DNA of 64,000 nucleotides from assembly GCA_964016885.1 (NCBI GenBank), contig OZ024740.1:342488001-342552000 (forward strand), written 5' to 3'. Source of the stretch: Eledone cirrhosa (lineage: Eukaryota). The translations under genes and the position numbers were made by a program. Under the pieces are notes generated by a model. The model had not been told where the DNA came from. It saw only the letters and a program-made list of their open reading frames with translations, and made no database searches. Of the stretch, positions 1-15,000 are shown one piece after another. Numbering within the stretch: the stretch's first letter is position 1; every line of letters begins with the position of its first letter.

Positions 1-3000
1 TGGTTCTGTATCTTGCCTTTAGACCCCTTCTCCTATAACTTGGTTCTGTATCTTGCCTGTAGACCCCTTCTCCTATAACTTGGTTCTCTATCTTACCTGT
101 AGTCCCCTTCTCCTATAACTTCCTTCTGTATCTTGCCTGTAGTACCCTTCTCATATAACTTGGTTCTCTATCTTGCCTGTAGTACCCTCCTCCTATAACT
201 TGGTTCTCTATCTTGCCTGTAGTACCCTTCTCCTATAACTTGGTTCTCTATCTTGCCTGTAGTCCCCTTCTCCAATAACTTGGTTCTCTATCTTGCCTGT
301 AGTACCCTTCTCCTATAACTTGGTTCTCCATCTTGCCTGTAGTCCCCTTCTCCAATAACTTGGTTCTCTATCTTGCCTGTAGTACCATTCTCCTATAACT
401 TGGTTCTCTATCTTGCCTGTAGTACCCCTCTCCTATAACTTGGTTCTCTATCTTGCCTGTAGTACCATTCTCCTATAACTTGGTTCTCTATCTTGCCTGT
501 AGTCCCCTTCTCCTATAACTTGGTTCTGTATTTTGCCTGTAGTCCCCTTCTCCTATAACTTGGTTCTCTATCTTGCCTGTAGTACTCTTCTCCTATAACT
601 TAGTTCTCTATCTTGCCTGCAGTCCCCTTCTCCTATAACCTGGTTCTCTATCTTGCCTGTAGTCCCCGTCTCCTATAACTTGGTTCACTATCTTGCCTGT
701 AGTCCCCTTCTCCTATAACTTGGTTCTCTATCTTGCCTGTAGACCCCTTCTCCTATAAACTGGTTCTCTATCTTGCTTGTAGTCCCCTTCTCCTATAACT
801 TGGTTCTCTATCTTGCTTGTAGTCCCCTTCTCCTATAACTTGGTTCTGTATCTTGCCTGTAGTCCCCTTCTCCTATAACTTGGTTCTGTATCTTGCCTGT
901 AGACCCCTTCTCCTATAACTTGGTTCTCTATCTTACCTGTAGTCCCCTTCTCCTATAACTTCCTTCTGTATCTTGCCTGTAGTACCCTTCTTCTATAACT
1001 TGGTTCTCTATCTTGCCTGTAGTCCCCTTCTCCAATAACTTGGTTCTCTATCTTGCCTGTAGTCCCCTTCTCCAATAACTTGGTTCTCTATCTTGCCTGT
1101 AGTACCCTTCTCCTATAACTTGGTTCTCTATCTTGCCTGTAGTACGCTTCTCCTATAACTTGGTTCTCTATCTTGCCTGTAGTCCCCTTCTCCTATAACT
1201 TGGTTCTCTATCTTGCCTGTAGTACCCTTCTCCTATAAATTGGTTCTCTATCTTGCCTGTAGTCCCCTTCTCCTATAACTTGGTTCTCTATCTTGCCTGT
1301 AGTCCCCTTCTCCTATAACTTGGTTCACTATCTTGCCTGTAGTCCCCTTCTCCTATAAATTGGTTCTCTATCTTACCTGTAGTACCCTTCTCCTATAACT
1401 TGGTTCTCTATCTTGCCTGTAGTGTCCTCCTCCTATAACTTGGTTCTCTATCTTGACTGTAGTACCCTTCTCCTATAACTTGGTTCTCTATCTTGCCTGT
1501 AGACCCCTTCTCCTATAACCTGGTTCTCTATCTTGCTTGTAGTCCCCTTCTCCTATAACTTGGTTCTGTATCTTGCCTGTAGACCCCTTCTCCTATAACT
1601 TGGTTCTGTATCTTGCCTGTAGACCCCTTCTCCTATAACTTGGTTCTCTATCTTACCTGTAGTCCCCTTCTCCTATAACTTCCTTCTGTATCTTGCCTGT
1701 AGTACCCTTCTTCTATAACTTGGTTCTCTATCTTGCCTGTAGTCCCCTTCTCCAATAACTTGGTTCTCTATCTTGCCTGTAGTACCCTTCTCCTATAACT
1801 TGGTTCTCCATCTTGCCTGTAGTCCCCTTCTCCAATAACTTGGTTCTCTATCTTGCCTGTAGTACCATTCTCCTATAACTTGGTTCTCTATCTTGCCTGT
1901 AGTACCCCTCTCCTATAACTTGGTTCTCTATCTTGCCTGTAGTACCATTCTCCTATAACTTGGTTCTCTATCTTGCCTGTAGTCCCCTTCTCCTATAACT
2001 TGGTTCTGTACTTTGCCTGTAGTCCCCTTCTCCTATAACTTGGTTCTGTATCTTGCCTGTAGACCCCTTCTCCTATAACTTGGTTCTCTATCTTACCTGT
2101 AGTCCCCTTCTCCTATAACTTCCTTCTGTATCTTGCCTGTAGTACCCCTCTCCTATAACTTGGTTCTCTATCTTGCCTGTAGTACTCTTCTCCTATAACT
2201 TGGCTCTCTATCTTGCCTGTAGTACTCTTCTCCTATAACTTGGTTCTCTATCTTGCCTGCAGTCCCCTTCTCCTATAACCTGGTTCTCTATCTTGCCTGT
2301 AGTACCCTTCTCCTATAACTTGGTTCTCTATCTTGCCTGTAGTCCCCTTCTCCTATAACTTGGTTCACTATCTTGCCTGTAGTCCCCTTCTCCTATAAAT
2401 TGGTTCTCTCTCTTACCTGTAGTACCCTTCTCCTATAACTTGGTTCTCTATCTTGCCTGTAGTCCCCTTCTCCTATAACTTGGTTCTCTATCTTGCCTGT
2501 AGTACCCTTCTCCTATAACTTGGTTCTCTATCTTGCCTGTAGTCCCCTTCTCCTATAACTTGGTTCTCTATCTTGCCTGTAGTGTCCTTCTCCTATAACT
2601 TGGTTCTCTATCTTGCCTGTAGTACCCTTCTCCTATAACTTGGTTCTCTATCTTGCCTGTAGTCCCCTTCTCCTATAACTTGGTTCTCTATCTTGCCTGT
2701 AGTACCCTTCTCCTATAACATGGTTCTCTATTTTGCCTGTAGTCCCCTTCTCCTATAACTTGGTTCTGTATCTTGCCTTTAGACCCCTTCTCCTATAACT
2801 TGGTTCTGTATCTTGCCTGTAGACCCCTTCTCCTATAACTTGGTTCTCTATCTTACCTGTAGTCCCCTTCTCCTATAACCTCCTTCTGTATCTTGCCTGT
2901 AGTACCCTTCTCATATAACTTGGTTCTCTATCTTGCCTGTAGTACCCTCCTCCTATAACTTGGTTCTCTATCTTGCCTGTAGTACCCTTCTCCTATAACT

Positions 3001-6000
3001 TGGTTCTCTATCTTGCCTGTAGTCCCCTTCTCCAATAACTTGGTTCTCTATCTTGCCTGTAGTACCCTTCTCCTATAACTTGGTTCTCTATCTTGCCTGT
3101 AGACCCCTTCTCCTATAACCTGGTTCTCTATCTTGCTTGTAGTCCCCTTCTCCTATAACTTGGTTCTGTATCTTGCCTGTAGACCCCTTCTCCTATAACT
3201 TGGTTCTGTATCTTGCCTGTAGACCCCTTCTCCTATAACTTGGTTCTCTATCTTACCTGTAGTCCCCTTCTCCTATAACTTCCTTCTGTATCTTGCCTGT
3301 AGTACCCTTCTTCTATAACTTGGTTCTCTATCTTGCCTGTAGTCCCCTTCTCCAATAACTTGGTTCTCTATCTTGCCTGTAGTACCCTTCTCCTATAACT
3401 TGGTTCTCCATCTTGCCTGTAGTCCCCTTCTCCAATAACTTGGTTCTCTATCTTGCCTGTAGTACCATTCTCCTATAACTTGGTTCTCTATCTTGCCTGT
3501 AGTACCCCTCTCCTATAACTTGGTTCTCTATCTTGCCTGTAGTACCATTCTCCTATAACTTGGTTCTCTATCTTGCCTGTAGTCCCCTTCTCCTATAACT
3601 TGGTTCTGTACTTTGCCTGTAGTCCCCTTCTCCTATAACTTGGTTCTGTATCTTGCCTGTAGACCCCTTCTCCTATAACTTGGTTCTCTATCTTACCTGT
3701 AGTCCCCTTCTCCTATAACTTCCTTCTGTATCTTGCCTGTAGTACCCCTCTCCTATAACTTGGTTCTCTATCTTGCCTGTAGTACTCTTCTCCTATAACT
3801 TGGCTCTCTATCTTGCCTGTAGTACTCTTCTCCTATAACTTGGTTCTCTATCTTGCCTGCAGTCCCCTTCTCCTATAACCTGGTTCTCTATCTTGCCTGT
3901 AGTACCCTTCTCCTATAACTTGGTTCTCTATCTTGCCTGTAGTCCCCTTCTCCTATAACTTGGTTCACTATCTTGCCTGTAGTCCCCTTCTCCTATAAAT
4001 TGGTTCTCTCTCTTACCTGTAGTACCCTTCTCCTATAACTTGGTTCTCTATCTTGCCTGTAGTCCCCTTCTCCTATAACTTGGTTCTCTATCTTGCCTGT
4101 AGTACCCTTCTCCTATAACTTGGTTCTCTATCTTGCCTGTAGTCCCCTTCTCCTATAACTTGGTTCTCTATCTTGCCTGTAGTGTCCTTCTCCTATAACT
4201 TGGTTCTCTATCTTGCCTGTAGTACCCTTCTCCTATAACTTGGTTCTCTATCTTGCCTGTAGTCCCCTTCTCCTATAACTTGGTTCTCTATCTTGCCTGT
4301 AGTACCCTTCTCCTATAACATGGTTCTCTATTTTGCCTGTAGTCCCCTTCTCCTATAACTTGGTTCTGTATCTTGCCTTTAGACCCCTTCTCCTATAACT
4401 TGGTTCTGTATCTTGCCTGTAGACCCCTTCTCCTATAACTTGGTTCTCTATCTTACCTGTAGTCCCCTTCTCCTATAACCTCCTTCTGTATCTTGCCTGT
4501 AGTACCCTTCTCATATAACTTGGTTCTCTATCTTGCCTGTAGTACCCTCCTCCTATAACTTGGTTCTCTATCTTGCCTGTAGTACCCTTCTCCTATAACT
4601 TGGTTCTCTATCTTGCCTGTAGTCCCCTTCTCCAATAACTTGGTTCTCTATCTTGCCTGTAGTACCCTTCTCCTATAACTTGGTTCTCCATCTTGCCTGT
4701 AGTCCCCTTCTCCAATAACTTGGTTCTCTATCTTGCCTGTAGTACTCTTCTCCTATAACTTGGTTCTCTATCTTGCCTGTAGTACTCTTCTCCTATAACT
4801 TAGATCTCTATCTTGCCTGCAGTCCCCTTCTCCTATAACCTGGTTCCCTATCTTGCCTGTAGTACCCTTCTCCTATAAATTGGTTCTCTATCTTGCCTGT
4901 AGTCCCCTTCTCCTATAACTTGGTTCTCTATCTTGCCTGTAGTCCCCTTCTCCTATAACTTGGTTCACTATCTTGCCTGTAGTCCCCTTCTCCTATAAAT
5001 TGGTTCTCTATCTTACCTGTAGTACCCTTCTCCTATAACTTGGTTCTCTATCTTGCCTGTAGTGTCCTTCTCCTATAACTTGGTTCTCTATCTTGACTGT
5101 AGTACCCTTCTCCTATAACTTGGTTCTCTATCTTGCCTGTAGACCCCTTCTCCTATAACCTGGTTCTCTATCTTGCTTGTAGTCCCCTTCTCCTATAACT
5201 TGGTTCTCTATCTTGCTTGTAGTCCCCTTCTCCTATAACTTGGTTCTGTATCTTGCCTGTAGACCCCTTCTCCTATAACTTGGTTCTGTATCTTGCCTGT
5301 AGACCCCTTCTCCTATAACTTGGTTCTCTATCTTACCTGTAGTCCCCTTCTCCTATAACTTCCTTCTGTATCTTGCCTGTAGTACCCTTCTTCTATAACT
5401 TGGTTCTCTATCTTACCTGTAGTCCCCTTCTCCAATAACTTGGTTCTCTATCTTGCCTGTAGTACCCTTCTCCTATAACTTGGTTCTCCATCTTGCCTGT
5501 AGTCCCCTTCTCCAATAACTTGGTTCTCTATCTTGCCTGTAGTACCATTCTCCTATAACTTGGTTCTCTATCTTGCCTGTAGTACCCCTCTCCTATAACT
5601 TGGTTCTCTATCTTGCCTGTAGTACCATTCTCCTATAACTTGGTTCTCTATCTTGCCTGTAGTCCCCTTCTCCTATAACTTGGTTCTGTACTTTGCCTGT
5701 AGTCCCCTTCTCCTATAACTTGGTTCTGTATCTTGCCTGTAGACCCCTTCTCCTATAACTTGGTTCTCTATCTTACCTGTAGTCCCCTTCTCCTATAACT
5801 TCCTTCTGTATCTTGCCTGTAGTACCCCTCTCCTATAACTTGGTTCTCTATCTTGCCTGTAGTACTCTTCTCCTATAACTTGGCTCTCTATCTTGCCTGT
5901 AGTACTCTTCTCCTATAACTTGGTTCTCTATCTTGCCTGCAGTCCCCTTCTCCTATAACCTGGTTCTCTATCTTGCCTGTAGTACCCTTCTCCTATAACT

Positions 6001-9000
6001 TGGTTCTCTATCTTGCCTGTAGTCCCCTTCTCCTATAACTTGGTTCACTATCTTGCCTGTAGTCCCCTTCTCCTATAAATAGGTTCTCTCTCTTACCTGT
6101 AGTACCCTTCTCCTATAACTTGGTTCTCTATCTTGCCTGTAGTGTCCTTCTCCTATAACTTGGTTCTCTATCTTGCCTGTAGTACCCTTCTCCTATAACT
6201 TGGTTCTCTATCTTGCCTGTAGTCCCCTTCTCCTATAACTTGGTTCTCTATCTTGCCTGTAGTACCCTTCTCCTATAACATGGTTCTCTATTTTGCCTGT
6301 AGTCCCCTTCTCCTATAACTTGGTTCTGTATCTTGCCTTTAGACCCCTTCTCCTATAACTTGGTTCTGTATCTTGCCTGTAGACCCCTTCTCCTATAACT
6401 TGGTTCTCTATCTTACCTGTAGTCCCCTTCTCCTATAACTTCCTTCTGTATCTTGCCTGTAGTACCCTTCTCATATAACTTGGTTCTCTATCTTGCCTGT
6501 AGTACCCTCCTCCTATAACTTGGTTCTCTATCTTGCCTGTAGTACCCTTCTCCTATAACTTGGTTCTCTATCTTGCCTGTAGTCCCCTTCTCCAATAACT
6601 TGGTTCTCTATCTTGCCTGTAGTACCCTTCTCCTATAACTTGGTTCTCCATCTTGCCTGTAGTCCCCTTCTCCAATAACTTGGTTCTCTATCTTGCCTGT
6701 AGTACCATTCTCCTATAACTTGGTTCTCTATCTTGCCTGTAGTACCCCTCTCCTATAACTTGGTTCTCTATCTTGCCTGTAGTACCATTCTCCTATAACT
6801 TGGTTCTCTATCTTGCCTGTAGTCCCCTTCTCCTATAACTTGGTTCTGTATTTTGCCTGTAGTCCCCTTCTCCTATAACTTGGTTCTCTATCTTGCCTGT
6901 AGTACTCTTCTCCTATAACTTAGTTCTCTATCTTGCCTGCAGTCCCCTTCTCCTATAACCTGGTTCTCTATCTTGCCTGTAGTCCCCGTCTCCTATAACT
7001 TGGTTCACTATCTTGCCTGTAGTCCCCTTCTCCTATAACTTGGTTCTCTATCTTGCCTGTAGACCCCTTCTCCTATAAACTGGTTCTCTATCTTGCTTGT
7101 AGTCCCCTTCTCCTATAACTTGGTTCTCTATCTTGCTTGTAGTCCCCTTCTCCTATAACTTGGTTCTGTATCTTGCCTGTAGTCCCCTTCTCCTATAACT
7201 TGGTTCTGTATCTTGCCTGTAGACCCCTTCTCCTATAACTTGGTTCTCTATCTTACCTGTAGTCCCCTTCTCCTATAACTTCCTTCTGTATCTTGCCTGT
7301 AGTACCCTTCTTCTATAACTTGGTTCTCTATCTTGCCTGTAGTCCCCTTCTCCAATAACTTGGTTCTCTATCTTGCCTGTAGTCCCCTTCTCCAATAACT
7401 TGGTTCTCTATCTTGCCTGTAGTACCCTTCTCCTATAACTTGGTTCTCTATCTTGCCTGTAGTACGCTTCTCCTATAACTTGGTTCTCTATCTTGCCTGT
7501 AGTCCCCTTCTCCTATAACTTGGTTCTCTATCTTGCCTGTAGTACCCTTCTCCTATAAATTGGTTCTCTATCTTGCCTGTAGTCCCCTTCTCCTATAACT
7601 TGGTTCTCTATCTTGCCTGTAGTCCCCTTCTCCTATAACTTGGTTCACTATCTTGCCTGTAGTCCCCTTCTCCTATAAATTGGTTCTCTATCTTACCTGT
7701 AGTACCCTTCTCCTATAACTTGGTTCTCTATCTTGCCTGTAGTGTCCTCCTCCTATAACTTGGTTCTCTATCTTGACTGTAGTACCCTTCTCCTATAACT
7801 TGGTTCTCTATCTTGCCTGTAGACCCCTTCTCCTATAACCTGGTTCTCTATCTTGCTTGTAGTCCCCTTCTCCTATAACTTGGTTCTGTATCTTGCCTGT
7901 AGACCCCTTCTCCTATAACTTGGTTCTGTATCTTGCCTGTAGACCCCTTCTCCTATAACTTGGTTCTCTATCTTACCTGTAGTCCCCTTCTCCTATAACT
8001 TCCTTCTGTATCTTGCCTGTAGTACCCTTCTTCTATAACTTGGTTCTCTATCTTGCCTGTAGTCCCCTTCTCCAATAACTTGGTTCTCTATCTTGCCTGT
8101 AGTACCCTTCTCCTATAACTTGGTTCTCCATCTTGCCTGTAGTCCCCTTCTCCAATAACTTGGTTCTCTATCTTGCCTGTAGTACCATTCTCCTATAACT
8201 TGGTTCTCTATCTTGCCTGTAGTACGCTTCTCCTATAACTTGGTTCTCTATCTTGCCTGTAGTCCCCTTCTCCTATAACTTGGTTCTCTATCTTGCCTGT
8301 AGTCCCCGTCTCCTATAACTTGGTTCACTATCTTGCCTGTAGTCCCCTTCTCCTATAACTTGGTTCTCTATCTTGCCTGTAGACCCCTTCTCCTATAACC
8401 TGGTTCTCTATCTTGCTTGTAGTCCCCTTCTCCTATAACTTGGTTCTCTATCTTGCTTGTAGTCCCCTTCTCCTATAACTTGGTTCTCTATCTTGCCTGT
8501 AGTACTCTTCTCCTATAACTTGGCTCTCTATCTTGCCTGTAGTACTCTTCTCCTATAACTTGGTTCTCTATCTTGCCTGCAGTCCCCTTCTCCTATAACC
8601 TGGTTCTCTATCTTGCCTGTAGTACCCTTCTCCTATAACTTGGTTCTCTATCTTGCCTGTAGTCCCCTTCTCCTATAACTTGGTTCACTATCTTGCCTGT
8701 AGTCCCCTTCTCCTATAAATTGGTTCTCTCTCTTACCTGTAGTACCCTTCTCCTATAACTTGGTTCTCTATCTTGCCTGTAGTCCCCTTCTCCTATAACT
8801 TGGTTCTCTATCTTGCCTGTAGTACCCTTCTCCTATAACTTGGTTCTCTATCTTGCCTGTAGTCCCCTTCTCCTATAACTTGGTTCTCTATCTTGCCTGT
8901 AGTGTCCTTCTCCTATAACTTGGTTCTCTATCTTGCCTGTAGTACCCTTCTCCTATAACTTGGTTCTCTATCTTGCCTGTAGTCCCCTTCTCCTATAACT

Positions 9001-12000
9001 TGGTTCTCTATCTTGCCTGTAGTACCCTTCTCCTATAACATGGTTCTCTATTTTGCCTGTAGTCCCCTTCTCCTATAACTTGGTTCTGTATCTTGCCTTT
9101 AGACCCCTTCTCCTATAACTTGGTTCTGTATCTTGCCTGTAGACCCCTTCTCCTATAACTTGGTTCTCTATCTTACCTGTAGTCCCCTTCTCCTATAACC
9201 TCCTTCTGTATCTTGCCTGTAGTACCCTTCTCATATAACTTGGTTCTCTATCTTGCCTGTAGTACCCTCCTCCTATAACTTGGTTCTCTATCTTGCCTGT
9301 AGTACCCTTCTCCTATAACTTGGTTCTCTATCTTGCCTGTAGTCCCCTTCTCCAATAACTTGGTTCTCTATCTTGCCTGTAGTACCCTTCTCCTATAACT
9401 TGGTTCTCCATCTTGCCTGTAGTCCCCTTCTCCAATAACTTGGTTCTCTATCTTGCCTGTAGTACCATTCTCCTATAACTTGGTTCTCTATCTTGCCTGT
9501 AGTACCCCTCTCCTATAACTTGGTTCTCTATCTTGCCTGTAGTACCATTCTCCTATAACTTGGTTCTCTATCTTGCCTGTAGTCCCCTTCTCCTATAACT
9601 TGGTTCTGTATTTTGCCTGTAGTCCCCTTCTCCTATAACTTGGTTCTCTATCTTGCCTGTAGTACTCTTCTCCTATAACTTAGTTCTCTATCTTGCCTGC
9701 AGTCCCCTTCTCCTATAACCTGGTTCTCTATCTTGCCTGTAGTCCCCGTCTCCTATAACTTGGTTCACTATCTTGCCTGTAGACCCCTTCTCCTATAAAC
9801 TGGTTCTCTATCTTGCTTGTAGTCCCCTTCTCCTATAACTTGGTTCTCTATCTTGCTTGTAGTCCCCTTCTCCTATAACTTGGTTCTGTATCTTGCCTGT
9901 AGTCCCCTTCTCCTATAACTTGGTTCTGTATCTTGCCTGTAGACCCCTTCTCCTATAACTTGGTTCTCTATCTTGCCTGTAGTCCCCTTCTCCAATAACT
10001 TGGTTCTCTATCTTGCCTGTAGTCCCCTTCTCCAATAACTTGGTTCTCTATCTTGCCTGTAGTACCCTTCTCCTATAACTTGGTTCTCTATCTTGCCTGT
10101 AGTACGCTTCTCCTATAACTTGGTTCTCTATCTTGCCTGTAGTCCCCTTCTCCTATAACTTGGTTCTCTATCTTGCCTGTAGTACCCTTCTCCTATAAAT
10201 TGGTTCTCTATCTTGCCTGTAGTCCCCTTCTCCTATAACTTGGTTCTCTATCTTGCCTGTAGTCCCCTTCTCCTATAACTTGGTTCACTATCTTGCCTGT
10301 AGTCCCCTTCACCTATAAATTGGTTCTCTATCTTACCTGTAGTACCCTTCTCCTATAACTTGGTTCTCTATCTTGCCTGCAGTCCCCTTCTCCTATAACT
10401 TGGTTCTCTATCTTGACTGTAGAACCCTTCTCCTATAACTTGGTTCTCTATCTTGCCTGTAGACCCCTTCTCCTATAACCTGGTTCTCTATCTTGCTTGT
10501 AGTCCCCTTCTCCTATAACTTGGTTCTCTATCTTGCTTGTAGTCCCCTTCTCCTATAACTTGGTTCTGTATCTTGCCTGTAGACCCCTTCTCCTATAACT
10601 TGGTTCTGTATCTTGCCTGTAGACCCCTTCTCCTATAACTTGGTTCTCTATCTTACCTGTAGTCCCCTTCTCCTATAACTTCCTTCTGTATCTTGCCTGT
10701 AGTACCCTTCTTCTATAACTTGGTTCTCTATCTTGCCTGTAGTCCCCTTCTCCAATAACTTGGTTCTCTATCTTGCCTGTAGTACCCTTCTCCTATAACT
10801 TGGTTCTCCATCTTGCCTGTAGTCCCCTTCTCCAATAACTTGGTTCTCTATCTTGCCTGTAGTACCATTCTCCTATAACTTGGTTCTCTATCTTGCCTGT
10901 AGTACCCCTCTCCTATAACTTGGTTCTCTATCTTGCCTGTAGTCCCCTTCTCCAATAACTTGGTTCTCTATCTTGCCTGTAGTACCCTTCTCCTATAACT
11001 TGGTTCTCCATCTTGCCTGTAGTCCCCTTCTCCAATAACTTGGTTCACTATCTTGCCTGTAGTACCATTCTCCTATAACTTGGTTCTCTATCTTGCCTGT
11101 AGTACCCCTCTTCTATAACTTGGTTCTCTATCTTGCCTGTAGTACCATTCTCCTATAACTTGGTTCTCTATCTTGCCTGTAGTCCCCTTCTCCTATAACT
11201 TGGTTCTGTATTTTGCCTGTAGTCCCCTTCTCCTATAACTTGGTTCTGTATCTTGCCTGTAGACCCCTTCTCCTATAACTTGGTTCTCTATCTTACCTGT
11301 AGTCCCCTTCTCCTATAACTTCCTTCTGTATCTTGCCTGTAGTACCCCTCTCCTATAACTTGGTTCTCTATCTTGCCTGTAGTACTCTTCTCCTATAACT
11401 TGGCTCTCTATCTTGCCTGTAGTACTCTTCTCCTATAACTTGGTTCTCTATCTTGCCTGCAGTCCCCTTCTCCTATAACCTGGTTCTCTATCTTGCCTGT
11501 AGTACCCTTCTCCTATAACTTGGTTCTCTATCTTGCCTGTAGTGTCCTTCTCCTATAACTTGGTTCTCTATCTTGCCTGTAGTACCCTTCTCCTATAACT
11601 TGGTTCTGTATCTTGCCTGTAGACCCCTTCTCCTATAACTTGGTTCTGTATCTTGCCTGTAGACCCCTTCTCCTATAACTTGGTTCTCTATCTTACCTGT
11701 AGTCCCCTTCTCCTATAACTTCCTTCTGTATCTTGCCTGTAGTACCCTTCTCCTATAACTTGGTTCTCTATCTTGCCTGTAGTACCCTCCTCCTATAACT
11801 TGGTTCTCTATCTTGCCTGTAGTACCCTTCTCCTATAACTTGGTTCTCTATCTTGCCTGTTGTCCCCTTCTCCAATAACTTGGTTCTCTATCTTGCCTGT
11901 AGTACCCTTCTCCTATAACTTGGTTCTCCATCTTGCCTGTAGTCCCCTTCTCCAATAACTTGGTTCTCTATCTTGCCTGTAGTACCATTCTCCTATAACT

Positions 12001-15000
12001 TGGTTCTCTATCTTGCCTGTAGTACCCCTCTCCTATAACTTGGTTCTCTATCTTGCCTGTAGTACCATTCTCCTATAACTTGGTTCTCTATCTTGCCTGT
12101 AGTCCCCTTCTCCTATAACTTGGTTCTGTATTTTGCCTGTAGTCCCCTTCTCCTATAACTTGGTTCTCTATCTTGCCTGTAGTACTCTTCTCCTATAACT
12201 TAGTTCTCTATCTTGCCTGCAGTCCCCTTCTCCTATAACCTGGTTCTCTATCTTGCCTGTAGTCCCCGTCTCCTATAACTTGGTTCACTATCTTGCCTGT
12301 AGTCCCCTTCTCCTATAACTTGGTTCTCTATCTTGCCTGTAGACCCCTTCTCCTATAACCTGGTTCTCTATCTTGCTTGTAGTCCCCTTCTCCTATAACT
12401 TGGTTCTCTATCTTGCTTGTAGTCCCCTTCTCCTATAACTTGGTTCTGTATCTTGCCTGTAGACCCCTTCTCCTATAACTTGGTTCTGTATCTTGCCTGT
12501 AGACCCCTTCTCCTATAACTTAGTTCTCTATCTTACCTGTAGTCCCCTTCTCCTATAACTTCCTTCTGTATCTTGCCTGTAGTACCCTTCTTCTATAACT
12601 TGGTTCTCTATCTTGCCTGTAGTCCCCTTCTCCAATAACTTGGTTCTCTATCTTGCCTGTAGTCCCCTTCTCCAATAACTTGGTTCTCTATCTTGCCTGT
12701 AGTACCCTTCTCCTATAACTTGGTTCTCTATCTTGCCTGTAGTACGCTTCTCCTATAACTTGGTTCTCTATCTTGCCTGTAGTCCCCTTCTCCCATAACT
12801 TGGTTCTCTATCTTGCCTGTAGTACCCTTCTCCTATAAATTGGTTCTCTATCTTGCCTGTAGTCCCCTTCTCCTATAACTTGGTTCTCTATCTTGCCTGT
12901 AGTCCCCTTCTCCTATAACTTGGTTCACTATCTTGCCTGTAGTCCCCTTCTCCTATAAATTGGTTCTCTATCTTACCTGTAGTACCCTTCTCCTATAACT
13001 TGGTTCTCTATCTTGCCTGCAGTCCCCTTCTCCTATAACTTGGTTCTCTATCTTGACTGTAGAACCCTTCTCCTATAACTTGGTTCTCTATCTTGCCTGT
13101 AGACCCCTTCTCCTATAACCTGGTTCTCTATCTTGCTTGTAGTCCCCTTCTCCTATAACTTGGTTCTCTATCTTGCTTGTAGTCCCCTTCTCCTATAACT
13201 TGGTTCTGTATCTTGCCTGTAGACCCCTTCTCCTATACCTTGGTTCTGTATCTTGCCTGTAGACCCCTTCTCCTATAACTTGGTTCTCTATCTTACCTGT
13301 AGTCCCCTTCTCCTATAACTTCCTTCTGTATCTTGCCTGTAGTACCCTTCTTCTATAACTTGGTTCTCTATCTTGCCTGTAGTCCCCTTCTCCAATAACT
13401 TGGTTCTCTATCTTGCCTGTAGTACCCTTCTCCTATAACTTGGTTCTCCATCTTGCCTGTAGTCCCCTTCTCCAATAACTTGGTTCTCTATCTTGCCTGT
13501 AGTACCATTCTCCTATAACTTGGTTCTCTATCTTGCCTGTAGTACCCCTCTCCTATAACTTGGTTCTCTATCTTGCCTGTAGTACCATTCTCCTATAACT
13601 TGGTTCTCTATCTTGCCTGTAGTCCCCTTCTCCTATAACTTGGTTCTGTATTTTGCCTGTAGTCCCCTTCTCCTATAACTTGGTTCTGTATCTTGCCTGT
13701 AGACCCCTTCTCCTATAACTTGGTTCTCTATCTTACCTGTAGTCCCCTTCTCCTATAACTTCCTTCTGTATCTTGCCTGTAGTACCCCTCACCTATAACT
13801 TGGTTCTCTATCTTGCCTGTAGTACCCTTCTCCTATAACTTGGTTCTCTATCTTGCCTGTTGTCCCCTTCTCCAATAACTTGGTTCTCTATCTTGCCTGT
13901 AGTACCCTTCTCCTATAACTTGGTTCTCCATCTTGCCTGTAGTCCCCTTCTCCAATAACTTGGTTCTCTATCTTGCCTGTAGTACCATTCTCCTATAACT
14001 TGGTTCTCTATCTTGCCTGTAGTACCCCTCTCCTATAACTTGGTTCTCTATCTTGCCTGTAGTACCATTCTCCTATAACTTGGTTCTCTATCTTGCCTGT
14101 AGTCCCCTTCTCCTATAACTTGGTTCTGTATTTTGCCTGTAGTCCCCTTCTCCTATAACTTGGTTCTCTATCTTGCCTGTAGTACTTTTCTCCTATAACT
14201 TAGTTCTCTATCTTGCCTGCAGTCCCCTTCTCCTATAACCTGGTTCTCTATCTTGCCTGTAGTCCCCGTCTCCTATAACTTGGTTCACTATCTTGCCTGT
14301 AGTCCCCTTCTCCTATAACTTGGTTCTCTATCTTGCCTGTAGACCCCTTCTCCTATAACCTGGTTCTCTATCTTGCTTGTAGTCCCCTTCTCCTATAACT
14401 TGGTTCTCTATCTTGCTTGTAGTCCCCTTCTCCTATAACTTGGTTCTGTATCTTGCCTGTAGACCCCTTCTCCTATAACTTGGTTCTGTATCTTGCCTGT
14501 AGACCCCTTCTCCTATAACTTAGTTCTCTATCTTACCTGTAGTCCCCTTCTCCTATAACTTCCTTCTGTATCTTGCCTGTAGTACCCTTCTTCTATAACT
14601 TGGTTCTCTATCTTGCCTGTAGTCCCCTTCTCCAATAACTTGGTTCTCTATCTTGCCTGTAGTCCCCTTCTCCAATAACTTGGTTCTCTATCTTGCCTGT
14701 AGTACCCTTCTCCTATAACTTGGTTCTCTATCTTGCCTGTAGTACGCTTCTCCTATAACTTGGTTCTCTATCTTGCCTGTAGTCCCCTTCTCCTATAACT
14801 TGGTTCTCTATCTTGCCTGTAGTACCCTTCTCCTATAAATTGGTTCTCTATCTTGCCTGTAGTCCCCTTCTCCTATAACTTGGTTCTCTATCTTGCCTGT
14901 AGTCCCCTTCTCCTATAACTTGGTTCACTATCTTGCCTGTAGTCCCCTTCTCCTATAAATTGGTTCTCTATCTTACCTGTAGTACCCTTCTCCTATAACT

